DNA from: Narcine bancroftii
Taxonomy: Eukaryota
Direction: 5' to 3'
DNA: 64,000 bases
Assembly: GCF_036971445.1 (NCBI RefSeq)
Contig: NC_091473.1
Location: forward strand, 72,106,001 to 72,170,000
Under the pieces are notes generated by a model, which saw only the letters and a program-made list of their open reading frames with translations, searched no databases and was not told the origin of the DNA. A program made the position numbers and the translations under genes. Numbering within the stretch: the first letter of the stretch is position 1; each line of letters begins with the position of its first letter. Positions 22,289 through 34,799 of this stretch are shown here, piece by piece.

Positions 22289-24361
22289 TTTTTGGCTGGG
22301 TTGATTGACAAGTCAAACTCGCTCAGTTGGGTGTAGAAGTTGCAGAGGTGCGTTATGTGTCCTTGTCGGTTCCTGCTTGCCACAAGGATGTCATCCAGGT
22401 ACACGAAGGTGCCATCCAGGTCTCGGCCCACTGCATCCATTAGTTGCTGGAAGGTTTGTCCGGCATTCTTCAGCCTGAATGGCATTCAAAGAAATTTGAA
22501 TAGGCCAAACGGTGTGATGATGTTGGTCTTGAGGATATCATTGGGGTATACCAGGATCTGATGATATCACCACACAAGGTCCACTTTGGAAAAGATCTTT
22601 GTCCCATGCAGGTTAGATGCAAAGTCCTGGATGTGCAAGACGGGTTACAAATCTGGTGTGGTGCCTTCGTTGAGCCAGCAGTAGTCACCACATGGTCTCC
22701 AGCCCCCAGTTGCTTTGGGCATCATATGCAAGGGAGAAACCCATGGGCTGTCCGACTGCCGAACGATGCCAAGCTCCTCTAGTTTCTAGAATTCATCCTT
22801 CACCAGCTGGAGCTTCTCCGGAGGAAGGTGTCTTGCTCTTGCGTGGAGCAGAGACCCTGGGTCAGGATATGGAGCTGTTGGGGTATCACTGTGGTGAATG
22901 GGGGGAGGGTGAGCATTGCAAGGAACACGGTCAGGACCCTGGCATATTCATTGTTTGATCGCTGTATGAAGTCCAGGTGGAGTGCTGGGAGTCTGGCGTC
23001 TTTGAGGGGGATGGTTTGGAAAGTCTTGGCGTGGACCAACCTCCAACCCTTAAGGTCCATGAGCAGGCTATGGGCATGCAGGAAATTTGCCCCAAGGAGT
23101 GGCTGTTCCACTACAGCCGGCAAGAACACCCACAGAAAGAGAGTGCCTCCAAACTGCAGCTGGACCTTGCAGGTACCATAAGTCTGGATCATGCTGTTGT
23201 TGGCAACCTTCAACGTGGGGCCCAACTGTCTGTTCCTGGAATCCTGTCCCAGCCAGGCATGATGCTGACCTCTGCTCCTGTGTCCATGAGGAAACGTCAT
23301 CCAGACTGGTGGTCCCAGATGTACAGGAGACTGTATTGGTGGCCAGCATTTCCCTGGAACATGCATGGCAGTCTGCACCGGCAGGCTCCGGAGCCCCATC
23401 TCTGATGTAAGAAGCACCACTGGTCATCTGGATCACCTCCTCTGGGGCATTGCTGTTCTCTCAGTGGGGTTTAGCAACGAGCCCCATGGATGCCAAGTGC
23501 TCTCTCTTCTGTTTCCACAGAACGTCCACTCATGCTGCGATCTTCCGGGGTTCAGCATCTGTCAGGAGCAATTTAGATGTCCTCGGGCAGTTGTTCGAGG
23601 GATGACAGCTTGAACATGATGCAGGGTTCGTGTTTGCCCAGGAGGGCCACCATCTCATTCATGAAAGCTGGTGGGGGCCTGTTCCCTTGCCCATCTATGT
23701 GGAGCAGACGTCCCCCTCTCCCATGCCTCAAGAGCCCGAATGTCTCAATAAGCAAGTCTTTGACGGCAGTGTATGCGCCTTCTGATGCGGGGGGGTGGGG
23801 GGGTGCCCAGGATTAAGTTGGCCACCTTGCTCGCCTTGTCCTGGTCCAGGATGCTCACCATGTGGTAGCACCAGGTGGACTTTGCTGTGATCTTCCGGAT
23901 CTGGAACTGTGCCTCCACCTGGTCAAACCACATGCATGGTTGATTTGTCCAGAAGGTCGGCAGCTTGTGAGAGATTGCGTTGACTGCTGCCAGCTCGATT
24001 ATCATTGGGTTTAGATGCCGTCTAAACTGTCGGGGTCACCAATTGTAGCTACGCGCTACTCAAAAGAAAACAATCACGTGGTGTAGTCAGGTTAAGTTCT
24101 GCATTTTATTAGGGGCTCAGGCCCGACTTTTATACTCACCACATTCCCCCTTTTTCTTACATCATGATCCGCAGGTACCTTCTTGCATAATAATACCTTC
24201 TTCCCCACGCACTGTCCCTGACCGTTGCTGCGCAGCAAGGCCAGCGCCATTTTGGGGTTGCTGACCCCACCGGTTCGCTTGTCGGTGCCAATGTTGCTGT
24301 GCAGGCTGCTGGCCTTTAGTTGCTCGCGCCAGCTTGATCCCCGCGCCTGCGTGCCGCCACA
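22289..24361 (-). mobile_element. Ty3/Gypsy element of CsRn1-like type: 5' LTR (24044-24361), tRNA-Trp PBS, gag, protease, RT, 3'-truncated
   Basis: Gag KLPTFW...WFDQVEAQF, protease FLMDTGAE, RT MPFRLKNAGQTFQ...VYLDDILVAS. PBS TGGTGACCCCGAC (24029-24041). LTR has TG...CA ends. Confidence 0.9.
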
Positions 24362-25899
24362 CATTTTATTTTCTCATTTATCCGTTGCTCCTTAAGCACG
24401 TAGAAAAACAAATATTTTCTTTGATTTTTACCTGTCAGTAGTTCCCATACCTACTTTCCCCCTTTCTTAATTTTCATTTTAATCTCACCTTCATACTTTG
24501 TATATTCTAACAGGCACTTTAAAATTCAGGGTGTGTGACACAAGCTTCCCTTTCTGTGCCTTGTCACATGCTCAATGGAACTTGTAACTAACAGGCTCCA
24601 GATTTGTTAGCTCAGTCCCTTTGCTCTGTTGGAATATACTGCTCTGAAACTCAAATTTCCTTTTTCAATGACATTATTCTGAGATTGGTATATCTTCAAG
24701 TAGACACCACTGAGCCTTGCCTTAAAAATCCTTGAATCTATTAATACCTATTCCTATGCTTCTCATTTCTTCTCCATTTCTCAGTATCCAGTGATTTATT
24801 CATACATTGTCTCCAATGCATTATCTGTGTCAATGCATCATTCCTTTTTCTCACAATCAGCACACAACCAATTTGCAAGCTTCTTACTTATCGCTCCTGG
24901 TCGTTGATCCTGATGTGCTCTGAGATCACATTGCTGATGAGATTTAATAGCATGGTTGGATGCTTGGGGAACCTCCAGAGGTGATGGTGTGGGGGAATGG
25001 GATGAGAAACCAGTGAGAATCTAGCATCGAGTTCCTTCAACAATCCATCAGCTTCATTGATGCCAATAGCAGAAATTTACTTCTGGATTTTAAACTGATT
25101 TCATATTCTTAAATTGTCACAGTCAAATTTGATCTTGTATATTTAAGATTAATGTCCAAACACAACATCTTGGAGTTTCACACGTATTTAAATAATGACT
25201 GAGCTCATAAATCATGAGATCTGCAGTAGCATGAAAGGGGACTGATTCATTTGAATAGGTGCTGCCACTTTCGGAAATTTATTATGATTTTGCTTGTATA
25301 TTGAGATATGTAGCATTAAAGTGCAAAGATCCTGATACAGCACCATGTCCTCCAAGAAGCCCACTCATGTCGTGAAGATAACACAATGCATGTCCCATTG
25401 TTTCAAAACTGCTCTTTGCATTTTTAGTTTCCGTACTGAGGAATGAGGCAGTTGTGAATCAGCCGTGCCTTCAAGGCTCTCAACCGCAACAGGTTTATAA
25501 CTACAAATTATGATAGGATTCAAGGATTATTTTGAAACCTCCAATGTGTTTAACAACAAAACATTGGTTAACTTAGAAGCTGAAAAAGGTAATGGTGCTC
25601 CAAGTATTGAAATAAGAGAATATTTTTTAGCACAATTAATTTGCAAATTAATCCTATTTGAAGTGTCCATTCTGTCCTTGTAATGAATCCAAAATATGAT
25701 TCATCTAATATTTGCTGCCCAATAGGAAAATCTAAAATTAGGTAGTGCCAAGCCTCCTTTGTTTTTAAGATTTTTAGAAAAACTTTACTAGCTATTTTGT
25801 TTCAGTTTTCCAAATGTATTTTCTCATTATGTTCTTCCATTTGTTAAAAGCACAAGTTAGCAATTCTTATTTGCGAGAAGAAAGAAAAAAAGAAGTGAA

Positions 25900-25967
25900 C
25901 AGGTATGGATTCAAAAGGCCAATATGGCCTGTTTCCGCTCCGAAAATGGTTATATGGTTATATGGTG
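25900..25967 (+). mobile_element. Very short CR1-type 3' end with (ATATGGTT)n tail
   Basis: Stem-loop AGGCC-AATAT-GGCCT then GTTTCCGCTCC and an octamer tail. The same tail occurs at 38284-38315. Confidence 0.6.
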
Positions 25968-26119
25968 TAATGTGATTCTTCACCTGGTCTGTGAATGTAC
26001 TATCTCAGTCACTTCCCCAGTGTGAAAGGATAAAGTCCCAAACGTATTTCTATGAGTTACCTTACTCCTCTATGTCCTCTACTCAATGTGCTTGAAGATT
26101 ATTAGATCCATATATATAA

Positions 26120-27525
26120 AACCATATAACAATTACGGTATGGAAACAAGCCATCTCGGCCTCTCTATTCCATACCAATTTAAGCGATCTCCTCTAGTCC
26201 CATTTATCTGCTCCCTGCCCATAACCCTCCAATCACCTCACATCCATGCACTTATCCAATGTTTTCTTAAATGACAAAATCGAACTTGCTGCAACCACCT
26301 CTTCCAGAAGATCATTCCACTCAGCCACCATTCTCTGAGTGAAGAAACTCCTTCTCATGTTACTTCTGAACTTTTTCCCCTAACCCTTAACTTATGACCC
26401 CCTCGCTCCAATCTCACCTACCTCAAAGGGAAGAGCCTATTTACATCTACTCTATATACCCCCCTCATAATTTTAAATACCTCTTTCAAATCCCCCCTCA
26501 ATCTTCTATGCGCCAATGAATAAAGACCCAGTCTAATCAATCTTTCTTTGTATTCTAGATTCTCCAATCCAGGCAACATTTTAGTAAATCTTCTCTGCAC
26601 CCTCCCTACCTTATTGATATCCTTCCTATAATTTGGGGACCAGAACTGCACATTGTATTCCAAATTTGGCCTCACCAATTCCTTGAATAGTCTCAACATC
26701 ACCTCCCAGCACCTATATTCTATGCTTTGATTTATAAAGGCCCGCATACCAAAAGCATTCTTTACCACTCTATCCATATAAGATTCCACTTTCAAAGAAT
26801 GATGAACCATTATTCCAAGATCACTCTGTTCCTCTGCATTTCTCAATGCCCTCCCCTTCACTCCATATTTCCTGTTTTGATTATTTTTCCAAAAATGAAG
26901 CACTTCACACTTATCTACATTAAACTCCATCTGCCATCTATCAGCCTACTCCTCTAAGCAGTCTAAATCCTTCTGCAGTCCTCATAAACCATCCTCACTA
27001 TCCACAACTCCCCCTATTTTTGTATTGTCTGCATATTTACTAACCCGATTTACCAACCCATCATCCAAATCATTAATGTAAATGACAAACAACAAGGGAC
27101 CCAACACCAATCCCTGAGGCACACCGCTCATCACTGGCCTCTATCCTGACAGACAGTTATCCATCATGACTCTCTGGCATCTACCTTCTAGCCACTGTTG
27201 AACCCATCTGACTATCTTAACATTAATACCTAGTGCCTGAACCTCCCTTACCAACCTTCCATGTGGAACCTTATCGAAGGCCTTACTGAAATCCATATAG
27301 ACAATATCTACTGCTCTACCCTCAACCTAGTCACCTCCTCAAAAAATTCAACAATGTTTGTCAAATATGACCTTCCCCGCACAAACCCATGTTGGGTGTC
27401 CATGATCAGTCCTTGCCCCTCTAGATACTTATACATATTATCTCTAAGAATACTTTCCATCAGTTTACCGAACACTGACGTCAAACTTACTGGCCTATAA
27501 TTGCTGGGCCTACACCTGGAGCCCT
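26120..27525 (-). mobile_element. CR1-type LINE, RT to 3' end
   Basis: [31 protein letters not shown] and ORF 26418-26930 (MEFNVDKCEVLHF...LVRPNLEY...VQRRFTKM...RRLRGDL). Confidence 0.92.
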
Positions 27526-27880
27526 TTTTTTAAATAAAGGAACCACATTTATGATACCGAATGAATGTTGATTAGCAGAAACTGGGCTGATCACTCACTG
27601 TCCTGAGGTGGTCAGTCTGGACAAAACTGTTCCTTCTGCTCCCAGGATGTCAGCTGAGGCAAAACAGAACCTCCAGCATCGCTTCAGGCCCAGCCTCAGG
27701 TCTCAGCAGCTGTCCAAGATAACATTCACCCAATCAGTAGTCACTCAGGAATGGTGTGAAATGAACTATAATCTAAAAAGAAGTTACACAATTGTGTAAA
27801 AATGAATAGACAACTGAACAGACACTTGGAGATACATGAACATAACCGAACACACCAAGACAGACATATCACACATGCAG

Positions 27881-27882
<2 letters not shown>

Positions 27883-27941
<59 letters not shown>
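27883..27941. repeat. (CA)n microsatellite, about 29 units
   Basis: Perfect AC run seen directly. Confidence 0.98.
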
Positions 27942-27943
<2 letters not shown>

Positions 27944-28599
27944 TATGCACATAAACATACATGCAAAACTCACACAAAGACACACCTATCATATGAGTAA
28001 ACATATTTTAACTTAGTTTAAAGTTTTAGTAACCATTCTTCTGGCAGCTAATGCTTCTCTTTAATTTCATTGGCTTTGCTATCAGTTCTGACAAAGCATA
28101 TTTAACTTGAACCATTAACTCTGATTCATTTTCCATAGCTTCTGCCTGACCTGTGAGTGCTTCCAGCATCTTCTGTTTTTATTTCAGATTTCCAGCACAT
28201 CTGTTCTTTTCTTCTGATTTCCATTAATCTGCCACAAGCTTTACAAACCAGCTTCGCGGCCTGAGCGCTGTATTTGCTTGTGCTGTACAGAGAGACTCCT
28301 CAAGAAGTTCACTGGCTTAATGCAGTTGTCCAGAGGTCAACGCTCTTCTGAGTGGAAGACTTTCTTACTGCTTACATTTAGGGGTACATCTGCTGGGAAA
28401 TACTTGGTTCTCAGCATTTGATAAGTGTCTTACTCCACTGAGATTTGGTAACAGTCTGTACTGTGCGATGAACTAGGGCCCTTCTGAATCTCCAGTATTC
28501 TGGCAATATTAAAATATCTCTTATCTATCACCACTTCATATCAGATATTAAAGCTGATGCCCATATACCTGTGGTGTGATGTTTAGTTTAGAATTGTAA

Positions 28600-28835
28600 A
28601 AGTTCAACAGGCCCTTCAGCCCAACTTGTCCATTCCAACCAAATAAGTTCCGTTTGTCTGCGTTCAGCCTCATATTCCTCTAAAATTTTCATATCCATAT
28701 GCCTGACCAGTGTTTTCTTTTAGGTTACGATTGTCCCTGCTTCTACCACTTCCTTTGGCAGCTTGTTCCATATACCCACCCATCCTCCATGTGAACGAAG
28801 TACCCTCAGGTTCCTTTTAATTTTTTTCCCCTCTC
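28600..28835 (-). mobile_element. CR1-type 3' end fragment
   Basis: AACAGGCCCTTCAGCCCAAC...GGCAGCTTGTTCCATATACCCACC matches other CR1 ends. Confidence 0.6.
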
Positions 28836-28837
28836 TC

Positions 28838-29095
28838 TTCACCACAGGGCTATTAATGTGTAGTGGATGGTGGTCATCCCTCGTCCTCCTGAAATCACAA
28901 CAATCTCCTTTGTCTTATCCAAATTGAGACTTAGGTTGTAATTCTCACACCATAACATGAGATTTTCCACCTCTTCTCTATAGTGCAACTTATTGTTGTT
29001 GCTGATGAGACCAACAACTGTCGTTTCATCTGCAAACTTGATGGCTCTGTTGAAGCTGGATTTGGTGCTGCAGTTGTGGGTCAGTACTGTGAACT
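28838..29095 (-). mobile_element. Rex1/Babar-type RT fragment
   Basis: THNC...IKFADETTVVGLISNNN..YREEVENL..WC..NLSLNLDKTKEIVV. Confidence 0.8.
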
Positions 29096-29752
29096 GTCCC
29101 AAACTATCTAGTGTCTCCTTATAATTCAGCCGTGTCAGTCAGGGTAACATTGTTATGAATATCAGCAATGGTATTTCAATAATGATGTCTCAGTGCCTGA
29201 TCTTATTCTGTTGTTTACTTCATCTTTGAATCTATAATTGTATTGCAAATGGAATCGACCAAGGTAGCCCTGGCCATTAGACCAAGCAGAATGATTATTT
29301 TTGTGCAATTCCATGATTGCATGTGAGAAAAAAAAGGTGAGGACCTAACTAGGGAAATAGGATTGTACTAAAAACCAGCATAAACTCAATGGATGAAGAG
29401 CCTCCAATTATGGCAGAAGCAAATATGGGAATCAAAAACCTTTCTTGGGAGTGTTTAATCATATCTCCTGCAAACTGAAGGGATTACAAATACTCTATCA
29501 CTAAATATTTGCATTCAGTTCATTGAGTGACTGCTTATTTTCATAGAGCAAATATTCGTGTTTCCAAATGAAGCAGTAAACTTCATTATTTCGGGGCAGA
29601 CATTAACTTTGAACCTGAGTTGGAGGACTTCTTTACAGAAGTTCATTGGAACCACAGTACTGTAGGTTTGAGATCACAGTTCCAGTTCCATAACTTCACC
29701 CCACTCCTTCCATCCCAATGTACAAGCTTAGATTGCATTTACCATAAATTAT

Positions 29753-29915
29753 TGACGTCAAGGGTAGACTGGTTTTGTATAGCATGTGATAGGGTTAAAT
29801 TAGAACGTAGACACGATTAGCTAAGAGACAGATAAATCTGCCAGCTTCATCAGACTCATCCAGGTAAGGGATTGCCTTTTCCAGGCAAATCGAGAGCAAG
29901 ACAAGAAAAGAATAC
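29753..29915 (+). promoter_or_regulatory. Candidate promoter and non-coding first exon of the RGS gene
   Basis: In unique-looking DNA: CRE palindrome TGACGTCA (29753-29760), GATAAA (29831), and consensus donors CAG/GTAAG (GT 29864) and TAC/GTAAGT (GT 29916). No transcript evidence. Confidence 0.3.
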
Positions 29916-30610
29916 GTAAGTTTTGGTGGAATTCATTTTTCACTGTTTTAATTTGTTCAGCTTTTACAAACTAATCAATTTTTTTTCAGTTAAAAATTGT
30001 CAATTCTGGTTCTGAGATTGTGTAAGATTATAAAAGATTTCAGTGCTCTTTAAAGACCAGCCTCAATACTGTCACATGTGAAATCTCCCTAAATACCTTG
30101 TGCAGAATTTAGAAGTGTGCAATAATGTTCCTCATGCTCTTTGCAGAAGGTTTGAATCTAATCTAGATTTGTGGGATCCTTACATTAATGGGTTAATTTA
30201 CAGGAATTTTTTTTGATGCAAAAGTTGAGATGATTATTTCTTGAGAGACAGTTTGTCATCTTTTCTCCATGCAAGTGACCAGTTTTGCTTTTTTCTTTGT
30301 TACCTTTTTATGTACTCAATAATGTGCTCAATCTTTCAAAGGAGTACAATTTATTAAGCATTCCTGTCTTACTTTAAATAATAAAATCTCCTGATCCTGC
30401 TGCTTCATTCTTTAGATGGAGGTCCATTTGCTAGGACATTACTCATCTTGGCATTCTTTTGGATATTATCAGAGATGGTGCATTTTATCTACTCATCCCG
30501 CCAACACTGTGTCAAATTGTTTGGTCAATCTGTGATATTTTACTAGCAATTTTTATCAAAAAGTGCAGATGCCAAAATTTGAAATGAAACCTGATGAAAG
30601 GACTCAGACC

Positions 30611-30850
30611 ATGGGCATCATGGTTAGCATAATGCTATGTCAGGGCCAGTGAGCCGGGTTCGAATCTGGCACTGTCCATAAGTAGTTTGTACATCCTACC
30701 CATGACCTACATGGAGTTTTTTTTTCCCCGATGTTCTCTGGTTTCATCCCAAAAATATATGGGGTTGGTAGATTAATTGGATGTAATTTGCCAGCACGGG
30801 TTTCATGGTTCAAAAATACCTCCTACCATGTTGTAAATAAATTAAATTCC
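30611..30850 (+). mobile_element. V-SINE (HE1-like) inserted in a Penelope pseudo-LTR fragment (about 30565-30610 and 30858-30915)
   Basis: A-box-like TGGTTAGCATAATG, B-box GGTTCGAATCT and V-domain. The flanks rejoin as CTGATGAAAGG...CC/TAAAACATTGAC. Confidence 0.7.
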
Positions 30851-31194
30851 ATTTAAACTAAAACATTGACACTCTCTCTCTCCATATATGCTGCTCAATC
30901 TGCTGAGATTTTCATTAGTTGTGGAATGTTCTTAGAATCATTCAGTGGCAAGAAATTTACAGTTTGTCCTCTCTAACTCAAAGGTGCTTGAACCAAATAT
31001 TTCAATCCAAATGTCCTTTTATCTCAAAACATCTCAGTCAAACCAAAATTTGATTCAACCCAGTTTTTGTTTGTGTTATAAAATAAAATTTAACCTCTCA
31101 AGACAGCTCAAAAAGTATTACAGCCAACTAATTACTTCTGAAGTGTTGCCATGTGTAAATATAGCAACAGTGATAATGACCAAATAATCTGCTC

Positions 31195-31425
31195 TTAGGT
31201 AATGTGGAGTCAGGGATATTTAGAATAGCTCCCTTGCTCATTGATATACACCCTGGAGATCGTTAATGTCCACCTGACAAAGCAAGTGATGCTTGGGTTC
31301 AATATCCAATCTAAAATGCGGTATTACCTGTCGTGCACCAATCTCTCTATCCTGCAGAGAAGTGTCATCTTAAATATTTGTGGTCCATCTTCTGGAGTGA
31401 GATTTAAACTTGGAGAGACTGAATG
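31195..31425 (-). mobile_element. Ancient DeuSINE-like element
   Basis: Diffuse colinear similarity to the Deu-domain consensus as I recall it (ATGTCCACCTGA, GTGTCA, CTGGAGTGAGATTTAAAC). A tail-like piece also lies at about 54610-54700. Confidence 0.5.
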
Positions 31426-31849
31426 AAACTTCACCTGTGTGAAAATCAATATTAAAGGTAGAAAACTGAACAATTTCAAAAGGAAAATCAAGTGATAACA
31501 AAATTAGCTGGAGTGGACCTAAAATAATTCACAAAATTGGGTGCTTTAAGTGCAGAACCATTCTTGCCTGATTTTGGGAGTCATCTACTCTATTCCTAGG
31601 TAGAAGTTATTCAATCATGCATTGCCAAGTTAATGCCTGCCAGTGTTTTCTGGAATTCATTTCTGAAATATGGAATACTGAGTTCACATTCTGGAAGTCA
31701 CTAATACTTAAAACAGGCACATAATAATTTTGACAAAGAAGGGTGAAGATATTTTGTAAATAAGCTAAAAATTTACCAAAACCATAGCCACTTATGGATC
31801 ATGTATTGTATTATTTATTATGATAATGAAGACCCAAACTAATACAGTA

Positions 31850-32080
31850 TGTAGAGCGCGTTGAAAGAACCAAAGACTTGTTGATCCAAACCAAGGCTTT
31901 TATTAACTAAAAGACTGGAGCTTATCACAAGTAGGTCGACCAGTCCAGAATGACCTGGTCTGGCTAGGAGCAATCCTTTAAGACCTGCCAGTAGGTGTGG
32001 CTACGCTCTCAGCCAATCACAGTCATCCTACACTTCCATCTGTACAGATACACATTGGTGATAGAATCTGTACTATCACA
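31850..32080 (-). mobile_element. Solo LTR (231 bp) with 5-bp TSD
   Basis: TG...CA ends flanked by CAGTA at 31845-31849 and 32081-32085, with AATAAA on the minus strand. Confidence 0.88.
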
Positions 32081-32089
32081 CAGTATATG

Positions 32090-34090
32090 ACCCATATGAA
32101 AAGAAATAATTAGGTGAGACATGAACGAGAAGTTGGAAATGTCCAGATTAATCAACATCAGCCAGTAAAGTGAGGAGTCAGACAGGGTTTGTGTTCTATC
32201 ACCAGATCTGTTCTCCCTGTACAGTGAAAACATCATGAGAACCAAACAAGACCTACAGTACCTAAAATAAGTATAGGACACAATATCACCAACCTCCGCT
32301 ATGCAGATGATAGCAAGCAGTGAAGTAAATGTACAGAAATTAGTATCTACATCAACACCAAGAGTGAAAGACTTGCCCTAACTTTAAACAAAAAGAAAAC
32401 TGAAGTAATGGTAATATCAAAGAAACCTGATATTCCAAATTGTAGGATTGTATTGGAAAATGAAATCCTGAAACAAGTTCACAACTTCATGATCTGATGG
32501 CAAATCTGAAATAGACATAAAAGCAAGAATAGCATTTATAGAAAAGAGAAACATCCTCTTTTTCAAACTTTTTATTGGTTTTTGAGAAAATAATGATATC
32601 AAATACATAGATACATATGATATAAAGCCCAGGTTGTTGCGGCCCATGGCCTGCATCTCGGGATGACACAGGAAATGGCTGTCAAACACGGTGACCGGCA
32701 AAACATCATGTGGGCCACAACTCCTGCTCGCTGTTCCAGCAGATCTTCCTGGAGAGGCTACCCAAGGACATCAGCTGCTCATTGCGGACTTCGATGATCC
32801 CAGGAAGGTAGCTGCCCGAGCAGACCTGCTATGGGTGGCGAAGAGGGATGCCTGCGCTTCGGCCAGGAAAACCACTGACCGACCGACCAACTGTCCAACC
32901 GACCAACTACCCAAACGCCATGCCCCACTGGTGAGCAGTACTGTTTCTATCACCAACGGTGGGGTTCCAAACCCCATCGATGCCACTCCCACTGTGCATT
33001 CCAGGGAAACGCCCAGGCCGGCCATTGTTAATGGCTGCAATGACTGGGCCAACTGCATAGCCTGCTACACATTCAAGTCTCCCTGTTGGGCCAACGATTC
33101 TTGGTTCCCCCGACCAGCCTGGAGGCCCGCTGCAGCAAAGTGGGCCAGAAGCTCCGAGTGGAAAATGGCTCCAACGTCTGAACATTCAGCACCCGTACCA
33201 TTCCCCAACACTTCGGGGAGAGACAATTCACTTGGCAGTTTACGGTAGTGGCCGTGCAACAACTATTACTGGGTACAGATTTCCTGCGAGACAACTCACT
33301 CCTGGTGGATATCAAGGGGTGTCAGCTGGTGCACACCAAGACATTTCAGTCACTCTCACTCAAGGGCACTGAACTGACCTGCCCCCACCTGCACTCAGTG
33401 AGTACTTCCGACAACGAATTCGCTCAGGTACTTCACACCCCACTTCCATTCGGCAGAACCCAAACATGGGGTGAGGCACCAAATCATTACAGAGGGCCTT
33501 CCAGGGTGCAACGTCTCCTCCCTGAGAAACTCAACCTAGCCAGGGATGAGTTCAAAAAGATGGAGGAACTTGGCATTGTGCGGCACTCCGATCGTCCTTG
33601 GGCCTCCCCTCTTCACATGGTCCCCAAGGCAGCAGGTAGTTGTAGGCAATTGACATCTGCCTTAGAACTCTCAGCTGCTACATTCTTCCTATATTGATGT
33701 ATGGTTGCGAGTCATGGACCATCACAAATGCAATGGGGAATAAAGAATCAGTGCAGCAGAAATGTGGTTTTTTAGAAGAGTGCTATGCATATCATATATA
33801 ACAAATGAAGAAGTTCTACAAAGAACGAAAACAAAATGAACATTACTTAAAAGAATCAGAAAACAGCAATCAAAATTCTTTGGCAACATCATGCAAAGAG
33901 ATACATTAGAACATTTAGTTATAAATGGAAAGCTGGAAGAAAAAAGAAGAGGCAGACAGAGAATGAAACTGATAGATGGATTAACATCATGGTTAGAAAC
34001 AGGGGAGGCAGCAACTACAATTCAGAGGGTCAGAGACCATGTTGGATGGAGAGACATGATCACCTATGTCGAATGGCAAGGCACCTGAAC
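32090..34090 (+). mobile_element. Older RTE-clade LINE (second family) in two pieces (about 32090-32555 and 33655-34090)
   Basis: GVRQG.VLSPDLFSLYSENIMR, NITNLRYADD, YGCESWTI, AAEMWF and LEHLVINGKLEEKRRGRQRMKLIDGL. Confidence 0.8.
32615..33650 (+). mobile_element. CsRn1-like Gypsy internal fragment (gag to RT start)
   Basis: DFDDPRKVAARADLLW, CFYHQRWG, LLGTDFL..NSLLVDIKG, FKKMEELGIVRHSDRPWASPLHMVPK. Confidence 0.85.
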
Positions 34091-34417
34091 CAAATAAACA
34101 GCATCTGGAAAGAGAGGGATATATTCATATATCATAAATGATTTTGAAAATGTGTTCTAATGAATTGATAGAAAGCCATGTAGATGCATAATAAGCTTTT
34201 CATGTCCTAATCTTAATAGAAATTCCCTCTATCAAGCTAAATTGAAATTTGGTTTTATAACTTTATTCTATTCTGCTCGCCACAATCAATCTGACTTTTA
34301 TTCAATGGACAGATAAATATCACAATATAATCACAATACTGGAGATGACCTGAGGTTCCGAAATACCTTTGATTGTATTTTTCCTTGAATCAATTATTTA
34401 CCATTCTGCTTGTTAGG

Positions 34418-34799
34418 TTCTTTCTTTTCTTTGGCTTGGCTTCGCGGATGAAGATTTATGGAGGGGTAATGTCCACGTCAGCTGCAGGCTCGTTTGTGGC
34501 TGACAAGTCCGATGTGGGACAGGCAGACACGATTGCAGTGGTTGCAAAGGAAAATTGGTTGGTTGGGGGTTGGGTGTTGGGTTTTTCCTCCTCTGTCTTT
34601 TGTCGGTGAGGTGGGCTCTGCGGTCTTCTTCAAAGGAGGTTGCTGCCCGCCGAACTGTGAGGCGCCAAGATGCACCGCAATCAGCCCACTGGCGGTGGTC
34701 AATGTGGCAGGCACCAAGAGTTTTCTTTAGGCAGTCCTTGTACCTCTTCTTTGGTGCACCTCTGTCACGGTGGTCAGTGGAGAGCTCGCCATACAACAC
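34418..34799 (-). mobile_element. RTE 3' fragment (same family as 1361-2865)
   Basis: Near-identical to 1361-1741. Confidence 0.92.

Noticed and set aside
22171-22485. Novel fused reverse transcriptase gene
   Set aside because: It is an accidental in-frame junction of decayed Gypsy RT and Rex1 RT fragments.
27741-28004. Cys/Val-rich ORFs
   Set aside because: These are translations of the (CA)n microsatellite.
30611-30680. tRNA genes at B-box motifs (also 4350, 41000 and 54800)
   Set aside because: These are SINE heads followed by V-domain bodies, with no complete cloverleaf.
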